The notes: generated by a model from the letters alone, not told the origin. 64,000 nucleotides of DNA from Myxococcota bacterium (GCA_041611735.1 JBFIML010000014.1:9921-73920); one strand, 5' to 3'. Counted from the first letter of the stretch, positions 1 through 9,661 are shown. Numbers and translations: made by a program.

Positions 1-126
1 GTGGCGGTGCAGCGACTCCCACACGGTCCAGGCGATCGGCAGCACCGCGAGCGCCAGGACGCACGCCAGGGCCGGTCCCACCAGCAGCGCGGCGAGCCGG
101 ACCTCGCTGCGTGCGGCCTGCCTCAC
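1..126 (-). CDS. sugar ABC transporter permease, N-terminal fragment (runs off window)
   Basis: GTG at 126 overlaps the upstream gene's stop; translates MRQAARSEVRLAALLVGPALACVLALAVLPIAWTVWESLH, typical of a MalF/UgpA-type first TM helix. Confidence 0.75.
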   Translation of the reverse strand, partial: MRQAARSEVRLAALLVGPALACVLALAVLPIAWTVWESLHRH

Positions 127-1379
127 GCGCCGTCGCCGAGGCCGGCGCGCGCCAGCAGACGCCGCATCTCGCCGGCGGCGGCGGCCAGCGCGGCGGCGGG
201 CTCCTCCTGGCCGCTGAGTGCCCGGTGCAGGTGCACCTGCAAGGCCTCCGAGAGCTCGGTGTAGAGCGGGGTCGCGGGTCGCGGAACCGCGCGCTCGAGC
301 AGCTCCCGGGCCCGCGCCGCGGATATGCCCAGCGCTCCCTGCAGGGCCGCGTCGGTGTAGAGGGAGCGCCGCGGCGGGTGCTGACCGAGCACTCGCGCCC
401 GCTCGAGCATCTGCTCGGGCCGGGTCAGGAACTCGACCAGGCGCTGCGCCGCCTCCGGCACGTCGCTCGCCGCGTTCACCGCGAGCAACTGGCCGCCCAG
501 GGCGCCCGCGGCCCGGCCCGCCTCTCCCGCCGGCATGGGCGCCACGCCGACGCGGCCCGCCACCGCCGACCGCTCGGGATCCTGGAGCAGCGCCCACGCG
601 TAGGGCCAGTTGCGCATGAAGAGCGCGCGTCCGTTCTGGAAGGCGAAGCGCGTCTGCTCCTCCTGCCAGCCGAGGGCGTCGGCGGGCACGATTCCCGAGC
701 CGCGGATGGCGTCGCGCAGGGTGGCGAGAGCGCGCACGGCCGGGGGCCGGTCCACCACCACGCGCCCGGAATCGTCCAGGATGCCACCCCCGAAGCCGGT
801 CAGGAACTCCAGGAAGACGGTGACGAGCCCCTCGTAGCGGGCGGCCGGCAGGACCAGCCCCCAGGTGACGTCGCCGCGCACCCGTGCGGCACGCGCCGCG
901 CGCTCGAGCTCTGCGAAGTCCCGGGGCGGCGCCTCCAGCAGGTCCGTGCGCCAGTAGAGCATGCCCACGTCCACGAACCACGGCATGGCATAGAGGTGAT
1001 TGCGCCAACGGGCCGCGGCCAGGGGGGCCGCGAAGAAGTCGGCCAGGTCCGGAGCCGGCGCCTCCAGGCGACGGATCCAGGCGGCGGCCGCGAACTCCGC
1101 GGTCCAGATCACGTCGAGCTGCAGCACGTCCGGATCCGGGGCCCGGGCGTTCAGCCACTGGACGTAGAGCTGGTGGCGCTGATCCGCTGCATCCGGGGTA
1201 CGGCGCAGCTCGACCCGGATCTCCGGGTACACCGCCGTGAAGCGCTCCACCTGCCGTTGCAGCAACTCCCCTTCGGCCCCGAGCGCGCTGCCGGGGAAGG
1301 TCACCACTGTCCCGGTCGAGGGTGCGCCGCACGCCAGCAGCGCCAGCAGGAGCAGGGGCCGCAGCCCACGCGCCGCCAG
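123..1379 (-). CDS. sugar ABC transporter substrate-binding lipoprotein (start uncertain)
   Basis: Lipobox LLAC; DVLQLDVIWTAEFA, YAMPWFVDVGMLYWRTDLL and FMRNWPYAW motifs of trehalose/maltose-type binding proteins. Confidence 0.88.
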   Translation of the reverse strand: MAARGLRPLLLLALLACGAPSTGTVVTFPGSALGAEGELLQRQVERFTAVYPEIRVELRRTPDAADQRHQLYVQWLNARAPDPDVLQLDVIWTAEFAAAAWIRRLEAPAPDLADFFAAPLAAARWRNHLYAMPWFVDVGMLYWRTDLLEAPPRDFAELERAARAARVRGDVTWGLVLPAARYEGLVTVFLEFLTGFGGGILDDSGRVVVDRPPAVRALATLRDAIRGSGIVPADALGWQEEQTRFAFQNGRALFMRNWPYAWALLQDPERSAVAGRVGVAPMPAGEAGRAAGALGGQLLAVNAASDVPEAAQRLVEFLTRPEQMLERARVLGQHPPRRSLYTDAALQGALGISAARARELLERAVPRPATPLYTELSEALQVHLHRALSGQEEPAAALAAAAGEMRRLLARAGLGDGA

Positions 1380-1383
1380 GGGG

Positions 1384-1455
1384 AGGCCCGGGCCGGAATC
1401 GAACCGGCATAAACGGATTTGCAGTCCGCTGGCTAAGCCATTCACCCACCGGGCC
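1384..1455 (-). tRNA. tRNA-Cys (GCA), CCA not encoded
   Basis: Cloverleaf: acceptor GGCCCGG/CCGGGCC, anticodon arm GCGGA-CTGCAAA-TCCGT, T arm GCCGG-TTCGATT-CCGGC, discriminator U. Confidence 0.95.
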
Positions 1456-1519
1456 CCGCAGAAGCAACGAGTACCGCGCACCCGACGCGACGTCAATCGA
1501 GCGGTGCTACGGTCGCGCC

Positions 1520-1894
1520 GTGCGATGGGGATGGCTGCTGCTCGGAGGCGGCATCGGAACGGTGCTGCGCTTCGCCCTGGCCGGCTGGGTGCAGAGCCGC
1601 GCCGGCGCCGCGTTTCCATGGGGCACGCTGGCCGTCAACCTGGTCGGGTGCTTCGCCATCGGCCTGCTGGTGCCGCTGCTGCAGGAGCGCTCCGTGATCG
1701 GCCCTTCCGGGCGCCTCTTCCTGCTGGTGGGCGTCCTCGGCGGGTTCACCACCTTCTCGACCTTCGGGCTCGAGACCTGGCATTTGATCGAAGCCTCGGA
1801 GTGGCGCTTCGTGATCGGCAACGCCCTGGGTAGCGTACTGGGCGGTCTCGCCGCGGTAGCTGCGGGCCTCGTGCTCGGGAGGATGCTCGCTTGA
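1520..1894 (+). CDS. crcB: fluoride efflux channel Fluc/CrcB
   Basis: GGGIGTVLRF, FPWGTLAVNLVGCF and GGFTTFSTF signature motifs. Confidence 0.95.
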   Translation: MRWGWLLLGGGIGTVLRFALAGWVQSRAGAAFPWGTLAVNLVGCFAIGLLVPLLQERSVIGPSGRLFLLVGVLGGFTTFSTFGLETWHLIEASEWRFVIGNALGSVLGGLAAVAAGLVLGRMLA

Positions 1895-2253
1895 CGGTAC
1901 CGCGCGACGGAAAGCTGCTGCGCATCTTCATCGGAGAGAGCGACCGCCACGAAGGGCGCCCCTGCTTCGAGGCCATCGTGGAGCGGGCGCGCCGCGCGGG
2001 CCTGGCCGGCGCCACGGTGCTGCGCGGCATCCAAGGCTTCGGGGGCTCGAGCCGCATCCACACCGCACGCATCCTTCGCCTGTCCGACGACCTGCCGATC
2101 GTGGTGGAGATCGTGGACGCGGCGGACAAGATCGACGCCTTCCTGCCCGAGCTCGATCCGCTGGTGCACGGGGGCCTCGTCACCGTGGAGCGCGTCGAGG
2201 TCCGGGTCTACCGCTCCAAGCCCCAGGCGGCCGGCTCCAGCGAGGGGGGCTAG
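1891..2253 (+). CDS. DUF190 family (PII-like) protein
   Basis: LRIFIGESDR..GATVLRGIQGFG..LSDDLPIVVEIVD; usual crcB neighbour. Confidence 0.9.
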   Translation: MTVPRDGKLLRIFIGESDRHEGRPCFEAIVERARRAGLAGATVLRGIQGFGGSSRIHTARILRLSDDLPIVVEIVDAADKIDAFLPELDPLVHGGLVTVERVEVRVYRSKPQAAGSSEGG

Positions 2254-2717
2254 AGGTCCAGCCGGACCCGGCGGCCGGCCAGCCGCAGGGCGGGCCCCTC
2301 CGCCGTCTCCTCCACCGCCTGCAGCAGCTCGGCCTGGGCCGTGCGGGTGAAGCGCGCCGGCAAGCCTTGGGCCACGAGGTCGTGTTTCACGCTGCACAGC
2401 AACGCCCCGTCGTACGGGGACGTGCGCAGGGAGGCCGGTTCGAGCCGCTCTTCGCTGCGGTCCGAGAGGCGGATCGTGCCCCGCTCGGGATCGAAGTCGC
2501 GCACGAAGAAGCCCGCCTCCTCCACCTCCACCTGCCCCCGGAAGCGGCCCACCTGGACCACGTAGCGTCCCTCCTCGGGCAGGTAGCGCACCGAGCGGTC
2601 GAAGAGCGCGCGCAGGCGCGCGTTGCGCAGCGGGATGCCCTCGTGGGTGAAGTGACCGTCGCGGTGGAGGACCAGTCCGAGGGGACGCAGCGGCGGCGGC
2701 CCGGCCGGCGCGCTCAA
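2250..2717 (-). CDS. conserved hypothetical protein (DUF1285-like)
   Basis: DGHFTHEGIPLRNARLRALF..VEVEEAGFFV resembles DUF1285; TTG start overlaps upstream stop. Confidence 0.6.
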   Translation of the reverse strand: MSAPAGPPPLRPLGLVLHRDGHFTHEGIPLRNARLRALFDRSVRYLPEEGRYVVQVGRFRGQVEVEEAGFFVRDFDPERGTIRLSDRSEERLEPASLRTSPYDGALLCSVKHDLVAQGLPARFTRTAQAELLQAVEETAEGPALRLAGRRVRLDL

Positions 2718-2983
2718 GCCTGCCGCAGGGCTTCGGACTCCGCCGACCCGTCGGGCCGGACGCGGAACACGCCCACGAAGTCGTAGCGGTTCCACAACAC
2801 GACGCGCTCGATCTCCTGACTGCCCGGGCGTCGGTAGATCCACTTCTCGTTCCAGCGCACGCCGTACTCCTCGCGGACTCGCGGGTCATTGACGCTCCCG
2901 ACCTGGTCCGTGGGCGCTCCCAGCTGCCCCCAGAGCTGCTGGCGCGAAGGCGGTGCCGGAGCCGAGGGCGCCTCAGCGGTCAC
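2714..2983 (-). CDS. small hypothetical protein
   Basis: 89 aa of natural composition, overlapping nuoD stop and the next gene start. Confidence 0.7.
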   Translation of the reverse strand: MTAEAPSAPAPPSRQQLWGQLGAPTDQVGSVNDPRVREEYGVRWNEKWIYRRPGSQEIERVVLWNRYDFVGVFRVRPDGSAESEALRQA

Positions 2984-4220
2984 ACTCGCCCCCGATCATG
3001 TTGATGAGGTCGAAGGTCGGAATGATGTCGGCCAGCAGCGATCCGCGCACCATGAGCGGCAGGGGCTGGACGTTGATGAAGCTCGGCGGGCGGCAACGCA
3101 CCTTCCAGGGCACCGCGGTCCCGTCGGAGACCAGGTAGAAACCGAGCTCCCCGTTGGCGGACTCGACGGCGAAGTAGGCCTCGCCCGCGGGCACCTCGGG
3201 CCCCTCGGTCACCACCTTGAACTGCTGGATCAGCTCCTCCATGCGGTTGAACACGTGATTCTTGGCGGGCCAACGCACGCGCGGGTCGTCCACGTTGACG
3301 GGACCCGGGCCCAGCGCCTCGAGCCGGGCCACGCACTGGTCGGCGATGCGGAGGCTCTGGTGCATCTCCTCCACGCACACCAGGTAGCGGTCGTAGTTGT
3401 CGCCCACCTCGCCGATCGGAACGTCGAAGTCGACCTGATCGTACACGAGGTAGGGCTGGTCCTTGCGCAGGTCGAGCGGGACGCCGGCGGCGCGCAGCAG
3501 GGGCCCCGTCAACGCGAAACGCAGGCAGTCCTCCCGGGAGATCGTGCCGGTTCCCTTCAGGCGGTCCACGAAGATGCGGTTGCTGGTCACCACGTCGTCG
3601 AAGTCGCGCAGCAGCTGGCGGATGCGCCCCACGTGTTCCCGGAACGCCGCCGGGAAGCCGGGCGGCATGTCGTGCTTGGTGCCCCCGATCCGTACGTAGT
3701 TGGACGTGACGCGCGCCCCGCACAGGATCTCCTGGAGATCCCAGCACAGCTCGCGGGCCTCGATGCCGTACAGGAACGGGGTCATGGCCTGGAGCTCCAG
3801 GCAGGCCGCGCCGCAGCGGGTGAGGTGGTCGCCGAGGCGCGAGAGCTCCGCCGCCAGCACCCGCAGCCACTGGCAGCGCTCCGGGGTCTGGATCCCGATC
3901 AGCTTCTCCACGGCCATGCAGTAGGCGAGGTTGCACAGGATGGCGGAGTTGTAGTTGAGGCGATCCGTGTAGGGAATCGCCTGGTACCAGGTTCCGCTCT
4001 CGCACTCCTTCTCGAAGGCGCGGTGCAGGTAGCCGACTTGGACGTCCAGGTTGACGATCGTCTCCCCGTCCAGCTCGATCAAGAACTTCACCGTCCCGTG
4101 CGTGGCAGGGTGGGACGGCCCCATGTTCAGGATCTGGTGCTCGGCGTGCAGATCCCGGCGCAGGTCCTGCTCGGGGCCCTCGGGCCGCCGCTCCATCAAT
4201 GAATGGGGCTCCGGCGCCAT
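2973..4220 (-). CDS. nuoD: NADH-quinone oxidoreductase subunit D
   Basis: LNMGPSHPATHG, GYLHRAFEK, YTDRLNY and C-terminal GECDR. Confidence 0.96.
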   Translation of the reverse strand: MAPEPHSLMERRPEGPEQDLRRDLHAEHQILNMGPSHPATHGTVKFLIELDGETIVNLDVQVGYLHRAFEKECESGTWYQAIPYTDRLNYNSAILCNLAYCMAVEKLIGIQTPERCQWLRVLAAELSRLGDHLTRCGAACLELQAMTPFLYGIEARELCWDLQEILCGARVTSNYVRIGGTKHDMPPGFPAAFREHVGRIRQLLRDFDDVVTSNRIFVDRLKGTGTISREDCLRFALTGPLLRAAGVPLDLRKDQPYLVYDQVDFDVPIGEVGDNYDRYLVCVEEMHQSLRIADQCVARLEALGPGPVNVDDPRVRWPAKNHVFNRMEELIQQFKVVTEGPEVPAGEAYFAVESANGELGFYLVSDGTAVPWKVRCRPPSFINVQPLPLMVRGSLLADIIPTFDLINMIGGECDR

Positions 4221-4225
4221 GACGG

Positions 4226-4714
4226 TCAGTTCCTCGGCCCCAGCAGCGGCTGCCGCTTCTCCTTCGGGTAGTCCTTGCGCAAGGGGTGGCCCTGAAACTC
4301 CTCGTAGAGCAGGATGCGGCGGAGGTCCGGATGCCCGCGGAAGCGGATCCCGTACAGGTCCCACACCTCGCGCTCCATCCAGTTGGCGGCGGCCCAGACG
4401 TCCACGACGGAGGCGATCTCGCCCGGCTCCTCGGGGACCCGCGCCTTCACGCGCAGCCGCTGATTTCCGCTCAACGAGTAGAGGTGGTAGACCACCTCGA
4501 AACGGGGCTCCTGGCCCAGGTAGTCCACGGCGGTGAGATCCATCAGCATCTCGAAGCGGAGCTCCGGCCCGTCGCGCAGGAAGCGCATCACGTCGACCAG
4601 CCGCTCCGGGGCCACCCGAGCCGTGGCGTCGCCGCGGTGGGCGTGCGTCTCTTCCACGGCGTCCTGGTGGGCGTCGAGCAGGCGGCGCAGGGCCGGGGAC
4701 CCGAAGTCGTCCAT
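4226..4714 (-). CDS. nuoC: NADH-quinone oxidoreductase subunit C
   Basis: ANWMEREVWDLYGIRFRGHPDLRRIL..GHPLRKDYP. Confidence 0.96.
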   Translation of the reverse strand: MDDFGSPALRRLLDAHQDAVEETHAHRGDATARVAPERLVDVMRFLRDGPELRFEMLMDLTAVDYLGQEPRFEVVYHLYSLSGNQRLRVKARVPEEPGEIASVVDVWAAANWMEREVWDLYGIRFRGHPDLRRILLYEEFQGHPLRKDYPKEKRQPLLGPRN

Positions 4715-5289
4715 CAGGGAGCCTGCCCGTCCACGGGCGCGTGCTCGCGATCGTACTCGGCGCGCAGGAACTCGAGCCGCCGCTTGAGGAGGTTGTCCGG
4801 CACCAGCAGCTGCTCCTTGCGGAACATCATGGAGGCGCGGTCGTAGGTCGAGATCTCCACCTCGCGGCTCATCACGATCGCCTCCTCCGGGCAGGCCTCC
4901 TCGCAGAGTCCACAGAACATGCAGCGCGACATGTCGATGTCGAAGACTTCGGGGTAGCGCTCGATGCCATGCCCGGGAAGCTCGCCCGGAACGATGGAGA
5001 TGCAGTCGGTCGGACACGCGAACTCGCACAGCCCGCACGCCACGCACTTGGGCTGGCCGTTGTCGAGCTGCACCAGGACCGGCATGCCCCGAAAGGCATC
5101 CGGATAGTCGACGCGCTCCTCCGGATACTGGACCACGAAGGCGGTGCTGCGGCCGCGGATGAAGCCCCAGAGATTGCGGAAGAAGTGCCGGCTCGTGACG
5201 GCGAGCCCCTTCACGATCATCGGCACGTAGGTGCGCTCCAGCCAGCCGAGCTTGTCGCGGCGCCGGACCGTGACCACGCGGACCGCCAT
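4714..5289 (-). CDS. nuoI: NADH-quinone oxidoreductase subunit I
   Basis: QYPEER and two ferredoxin motifs CVACGLCEFACP and CMFCGLCEEACP. Confidence 0.95.
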   Translation of the reverse strand: MAVRVVTVRRRDKLGWLERTYVPMIVKGLAVTSRHFFRNLWGFIRGRSTAFVVQYPEERVDYPDAFRGMPVLVQLDNGQPKCVACGLCEFACPTDCISIVPGELPGHGIERYPEVFDIDMSRCMFCGLCEEACPEEAIVMSREVEISTYDRASMMFRKEQLLVPDNLLKRRLEFLRAEYDREHAPVDGQAP

Positions 5290-5318
5290 GGTTGCGGAGC
5301 GTAGCGGACGGGTTCGGC

Positions 5319-6218
5319 TCAGGCGAGCCGACCGGCGAGCGTCTCCGCGTGGTAGGAGCTGCGCACCAGCGGTCCGGCGGCCACGTCCGCGAAGCCGAGG
5401 GCGCGGGCGCGCTCCGCCCAGTCGTCGAACTCGGCGGGCGGCACCCAGCGCTTCACGGGCAGGTGGGCCGCGGAGGGGCGCACGTACTGACCCAGCGTGA
5501 GGAGCGAGACGCCGGCTCCGCGCAGGTCGCCCAGCGCGGCCTCCATCTCCGCCTGCGTCTCGCCGAGGCCGAGCATGATGCCGCTCTTGGTGGGGATGTC
5601 CGGACGCAGCTCTCCGGCCCGGCGCAGCACGGCGAGCGAGCGGGCATAGGCTGCCGCCGGCCGCACCTGGCGCTGGAGCCGTTCGACGGTCTCCAGGTTG
5701 TGGTTCAGGACGTCCGGGGCCGCCTCGAGCACGCGGCGGAGTGCCGTCTCGTCGCCCTTGTAGTCGGCGATCAGCACCTCCACGCCGGTCTCCGGGCAGC
5801 GTCGCCGGATGGCGCGCACGGTGGCCGCCATCTGCCCGGCGCCCCCGTCCGGGAGGTCGTCCCGGGCCACGCAGGTGATGACCGCGAAGCGCAGCCCCAG
5901 GCGCCGCACCGCCTCCGCCACCCGTGCGGGCTCGAAGGGGTCGAGGGCCTCGGGACGCCCGGTGGTCACGTCGCAGAAGCCGCAGCGGCGCGTGCAGCGA
6001 TTGCCCCCGATCATGAAGGTGGCCGTGCCGCGCGCCCAGCACTCGCCGAGATTCGGGCAGGCCGCCGAGTAGCACACGGTGTGGAGCTTCTGCTCCTCCA
6101 GCGTGCGTCGTACGGCCTCGAACTCCGGCGTGGTGCGCAGGCGCACCCGCAGCCAGTCCGGCCGCGAGCCGCGCTGGCCCGGCCGGCCCCGCGCCCGCGC
6201 GCGTCGTTCCGGCGTCAT
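5319..6218 (-). CDS. lipA: lipoyl synthase
   Basis: TVCYSAACPNLGECW, CTRRCGFC radical SAM motif, RSSYHA. Confidence 0.96.
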   Translation of the reverse strand: MTPERRARARGRPGQRGSRPDWLRVRLRTTPEFEAVRRTLEEQKLHTVCYSAACPNLGECWARGTATFMIGGNRCTRRCGFCDVTTGRPEALDPFEPARVAEAVRRLGLRFAVITCVARDDLPDGGAGQMAATVRAIRRRCPETGVEVLIADYKGDETALRRVLEAAPDVLNHNLETVERLQRQVRPAAAYARSLAVLRRAGELRPDIPTKSGIMLGLGETQAEMEAALGDLRGAGVSLLTLGQYVRPSAAHLPVKRWVPPAEFDDWAERARALGFADVAAGPLVRSSYHAETLAGRLA

Positions 6219-6937
6219 GCGCTCCCTCCGCCGCTGCCGAGGCGGTCCCGGAATGCCTGGGCCACCGCCTCCCGGGCCCGGAGATCCAGATCCGCGGGCG
6301 CCGCCAACCCGAGCTCGCGCGCCAGCGAGGTCATCGACACCTCGTGCAGCCCGCAGGGCACGATCACGTCGAAGGCCCGCGGGTCCAGGGTCACGTTCAG
6401 GGCGAAGCCGTGACAGGTCACCCAGCCCCGCACGCCCACACCGATGCTGGCGATCTTGCGGGGGCGCTCGCCGCGCCGGCCTGCCCCGGCCACGAAGACC
6501 CCCGTGTAGCCCGGTCGCACTTCGGCCCGCACCCCCAGCCCGCCGAGCGCCGCGACGAGGGCCGCTTCGATCTCGCGCAGGAACGCCACCACGTCGGGCT
6601 TGCCGCGGGCCGCCAGGTCGACGATCGGATAGCCCACCAGCTGGCCCGGCGCGTGGTAGGTGACGTCGCCGCCCCGCGCCACCTCGTGCACCCCGATTCC
6701 GCGCGCCGCCAGCTCGGCGGGGCCGAGCCGGATGTTCTCGCGCCGCCCCCGGCGCCCCAGGGTGACCACGGGTGGATGTTCGAGGAGCAGCAGCACGTCC
6801 CCCGCGGCGCCGGCGCGGCGCGCCTCCAGGCGCTTGGCCTGGACCTCCAGCGCCTCGGCATACGGCAGCGTGCCGAGCCATTCGACGGCCAGATCCTTCG
6901 GCGCCAGTCCGCGCTCCCTGCGGGCTCGAATCCTCAC
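6215..6937 (-). CDS. lipB: octanoyltransferase
   Basis: LLLEHPPVVTLG, RGGDVTYHAPGQLVGYP, KIASIG, HGFALN, IVPCG. Confidence 0.96.
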   Translation of the reverse strand: MRIRARRERGLAPKDLAVEWLGTLPYAEALEVQAKRLEARRAGAAGDVLLLLEHPPVVTLGRRGRRENIRLGPAELAARGIGVHEVARGGDVTYHAPGQLVGYPIVDLAARGKPDVVAFLREIEAALVAALGGLGVRAEVRPGYTGVFVAGAGRRGERPRKIASIGVGVRGWVTCHGFALNVTLDPRAFDVIVPCGLHEVSMTSLARELGLAAPADLDLRAREAVAQAFRDRLGSGGGSA

Positions 6938-8217
6938 AGGTCGAACTCCGCCTCCTCGAGCAGCTCCCGCACCCGGAACAGGAAGGCGTTCGCCGGGGCT
7001 CCGTCCACGGCGCGGTGGTCGTAGGAGAGCGCCAGGTGCATCATGGGCCGGACCACGATGGCGTCCTCCCCCTCCACCGTCCGCACCACGGGCCGCTTCA
7101 CCATCTCTCCCATGCGCAGGATCCCCACCTGCGGCTGGTTGATGATCGCGAAGCCGTACAGGTTGCCCTGCCGCCCGGGATTGGAGACCGTGAAGGTCCC
7201 CCCCTTCAGCTCGTCGAGCGAAAGCTGCTTGCTGCGCGCGCGGTTCGAGAGGTCTTCGATGGTCTCCGACAGGCCGGTGAGCGAGAGCCGGTCCGCGTGG
7301 CGCACGACCGGCACCACCAGGCCCTTCTCCGTCTCCACGGCGATGCCGATGTGGACGTCCTTCTTCTCTACGATGGAGTCCTCCACCACCGAGGCGTTGA
7401 GGCGCGGAAACTCGCGCAGGGCGCGCACGGTGGCGTGCACCACGAAGGGCAGATACGTCAGGTTGAACCCGTGCTGCTCGCGGAAGGCACGCTTGTGGAC
7501 CTCGCGGACGCGCACGATCCCGCCCATGTCGATCTCCGCCACGGTGCCCACGTGCGGGCTCACCTGCTTCGAGAGCACCATGTGCTGCGCCACGAGCTTG
7601 CGCAGGGGCGACATGGGGATCACGCGGTCCCCGGTCTGGAGCTGGTAGGTGAGATAGGCGGGCCGGCCGGGGGCCGTGGCCGCCGGACGCGTCTGTGCGG
7701 GCGGCGGCGCCTCGCCGCGGGCCGCGTGGCGCCGCACGTCTCCCTTGGTGACCCGTCCGCCTGCGCCGGTGCCTTCCACGTCGTGCAAGTCCACGCCGGT
7801 CTCGGCCGCGGCGAGGCGTGCCACGGGCGTGGCGCGCACGTCCGAAGCGGCCGCGGCGGGCTCCGCCGCCGGGACTTCGCTCGCCTGCGGCGCGCGGCGC
7901 GCGCCGGCGCCTGCGGCGCCGGCCTCCCCGGTGACTTCGCTCGCCTGCGGCGCGCGGCGCGCGCCGGCGCCTGCGGCGCCGGCGCTTGCGATCCGGACCA
8001 GCTCGGTGCCCACCTCCACGGTCTCGCCCTCCGGGACGAGGATCTTCTCGATCACCCCCGCCTCGGGGGCCGGGATCTCGGTGTCCACCTTTTCGGTGGT
8101 GATCTCCACCAGCGGCTGGTCGCGCTCGATCCGGTCACCCTCCTTCACGAGCCAGCGGGCCACCGTTCCCTCCACCACGCTCTCGCCGAGCGCCGGCAGC
8201 TTCACCGAAAGCGACAT
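6934..8217 (-). CDS. 2-oxoacid dehydrogenase E2 dihydrolipoamide acyltransferase (SucB/DlaT-like)
   Basis: Single lipoyl domain (TTEKVD), E3-binding domain (GTGAGGRVTKGDV), catalytic DHRAVDG. Confidence 0.93.
   Translation of the reverse strand: MSLSVKLPALGESVVEGTVARWLVKEGDRIERDQPLVEITTEKVDTEIPAPEAGVIEKILVPEGETVEVGTELVRIASAGAAGAGARRAPQASEVTGEAGAAGAGARRAPQASEVPAAEPAAAASDVRATPVARLAAAETGVDLHDVEGTGAGGRVTKGDVRRHAARGEAPPPAQTRPAATAPGRPAYLTYQLQTGDRVIPMSPLRKLVAQHMVLSKQVSPHVGTVAEIDMGGIVRVREVHKRAFREQHGFNLTYLPFVVHATVRALREFPRLNASVVEDSIVEKKDVHIGIAVETEKGLVVPVVRHADRLSLTGLSETIEDLSNRARSKQLSLDELKGGTFTVSNPGRQGNLYGFAIINQPQVGILRMGEMVKRPVVRTVEGEDAIVVRPMMHLALSYDHRAVDGAPANAFLFRVRELLEEAEFDL
7873..7983. repeat. 60-bp-period tandem duplication in the E2 linker
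   Basis: 7873-7923 identical to 7933-7983; encodes AGAAGAGARRAPQASEV twice. Confidence 0.95.
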
Positions 8218-8233
8218 CCGCAGAACCCCCGTC

Positions 8234-9661
8234 TCAGAAGTTGATGCCGCGACCTTCCGCGGCCAGCGCCGCCTCCAGGATCGCCTCCGAGAGCGTCGGA
8301 TGGGCATGGCTGGTGGCGGCGATCTCGCCCGTGGTGGCCTCGAGCGTCATGGCGAGCGAGAGCTCCGCCACCAGCTCGGTGGCGCCGAAGCCCACCACGT
8401 GCGCTCCGACGATCTCGCCGTGACGGGGCTCCGCCACGATCTTGGCAAAACCGGCCGTGTGGCCGGCGGCCACGCCCTTGCCCGAAGCCGTGAAGGGGAA
8501 GCGGCCCACCTTGACCTCGCCGAACTCCTCGCGCGCCTCTTCCTCGGTGCGGCCGATCCAGGCCACCTGGGGCTGGCAGTAGATGCAGGCCGGGATCTTG
8601 CGATGGTCGAGGGCGGGTCGTTGCGTCCCCACCAGCCATTCCACCGCCGCGATGCCCTCTTCGCTGGCCTTGTGGGCCAGCAGCGGCGCGCCGATCAGGT
8701 CGCCGATGGCCGAGATCGAGGGCACGCTCGTGCGCAGACGCGCGTCGGTGCGGACGAAGCCCTTGCGGTCCACCTCGACCCCCGCCTCCTCGAGTCCGAG
8801 CTCCGCCGAGAGGGGACGCCGTCCGATGGCGAGCAGCACCTGGTCCGCCTCGAGCTCCGCGTCGCCGTCGGCGGACCGCACCGCCACGCGCACCCCGCCG
8901 TCCACCACCTTGAGCTCCTCGAAGCGCGTACCACGGCGCACCTCGATCTTCTTGCGCCGGTACTCGCGCTGGAGCGCTTCGGCCACGTCGGCATCCGCGC
9001 CGGGGAGCACCTGGTCGGCCATCTCGACCACGGTCACCTGGGAGCCGTACATGGCGTACACGTAGGCGAACTCGCAGCCCACGGCGCCGGCCCCCACCAC
9101 CACCAGGCGCTCGGGCACCACTCGCGATTCCAGCGCCTCGCGCGAGGTCAGCACCCGCTGGCCGTCCACGTGCACCCCCGGCGGGACCCACTCGGCGGAG
9201 CCCGTGGCGAGCAGCACGTGGGAAGCCTCGAGGGTGGCAGGCTCTGCCCCTTCCACGGCCACCGCGTGGGGCCCGGCCAGCCGTCCCCGGCCCGGCACGA
9301 GGGTGATGCGGTTCTTCTTCAACAGGGACTCGACGCCCTTGCAGAGTCGATCCGAGGCGCGCCGGCTGGTGTCGATAGCCTTGCCGTAGTCGAGGGTGAG
9401 GCCGCTGGTTCCGATGCCGAAGGCGGCGGCCTGGCCCCGTAGGGCCTCCACCAGCTCCGCACCGGTGAGGAGCGATTTCGAGGGGATGCAGCCCCAGTTG
9501 AGGCAGACGCCGCCGGGCCGCTCCTGCTCCACCACCGCCACGCGCAGGCCCAGCTGCGCGCCGCGGATGGCCGCCACGTAGCCTCCGGGCCCGGCGCCCA
9601 CCACGACGAGATCGAAACGCTGCGCAGCGCTCAGCGGGCCCCCTCCCCCACCGCCTCGCAT
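8234..9661 (-). CDS. lpdA: dihydrolipoyl dehydrogenase E3
   Basis: GAGPGG, GGVCLNWGCIPSK redox disulfide, HAHPTLSE. Confidence 0.96.
   Translation of the reverse strand: MRGGGGGGPLSAAQRFDLVVVGAGPGGYVAAIRGAQLGLRVAVVEQERPGGVCLNWGCIPSKSLLTGAELVEALRGQAAAFGIGTSGLTLDYGKAIDTSRRASDRLCKGVESLLKKNRITLVPGRGRLAGPHAVAVEGAEPATLEASHVLLATGSAEWVPPGVHVDGQRVLTSREALESRVVPERLVVVGAGAVGCEFAYVYAMYGSQVTVVEMADQVLPGADADVAEALQREYRRKKIEVRRGTRFEELKVVDGGVRVAVRSADGDAELEADQVLLAIGRRPLSAELGLEEAGVEVDRKGFVRTDARLRTSVPSISAIGDLIGAPLLAHKASEEGIAAVEWLVGTQRPALDHRKIPACIYCQPQVAWIGRTEEEAREEFGEVKVGRFPFTASGKGVAAGHTAGFAKIVAEPRHGEIVGAHVVGFGATELVAELSLAMTLEATTGEIAATSHAHPTLSEAILEAALAAEGRGINF

Noticed and set aside
1456-1519. Fluoride riboswitch upstream of crcB
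   Set aside because: No GGCGATGG..CTGATG-type consensus, and the gene looks leaderless.
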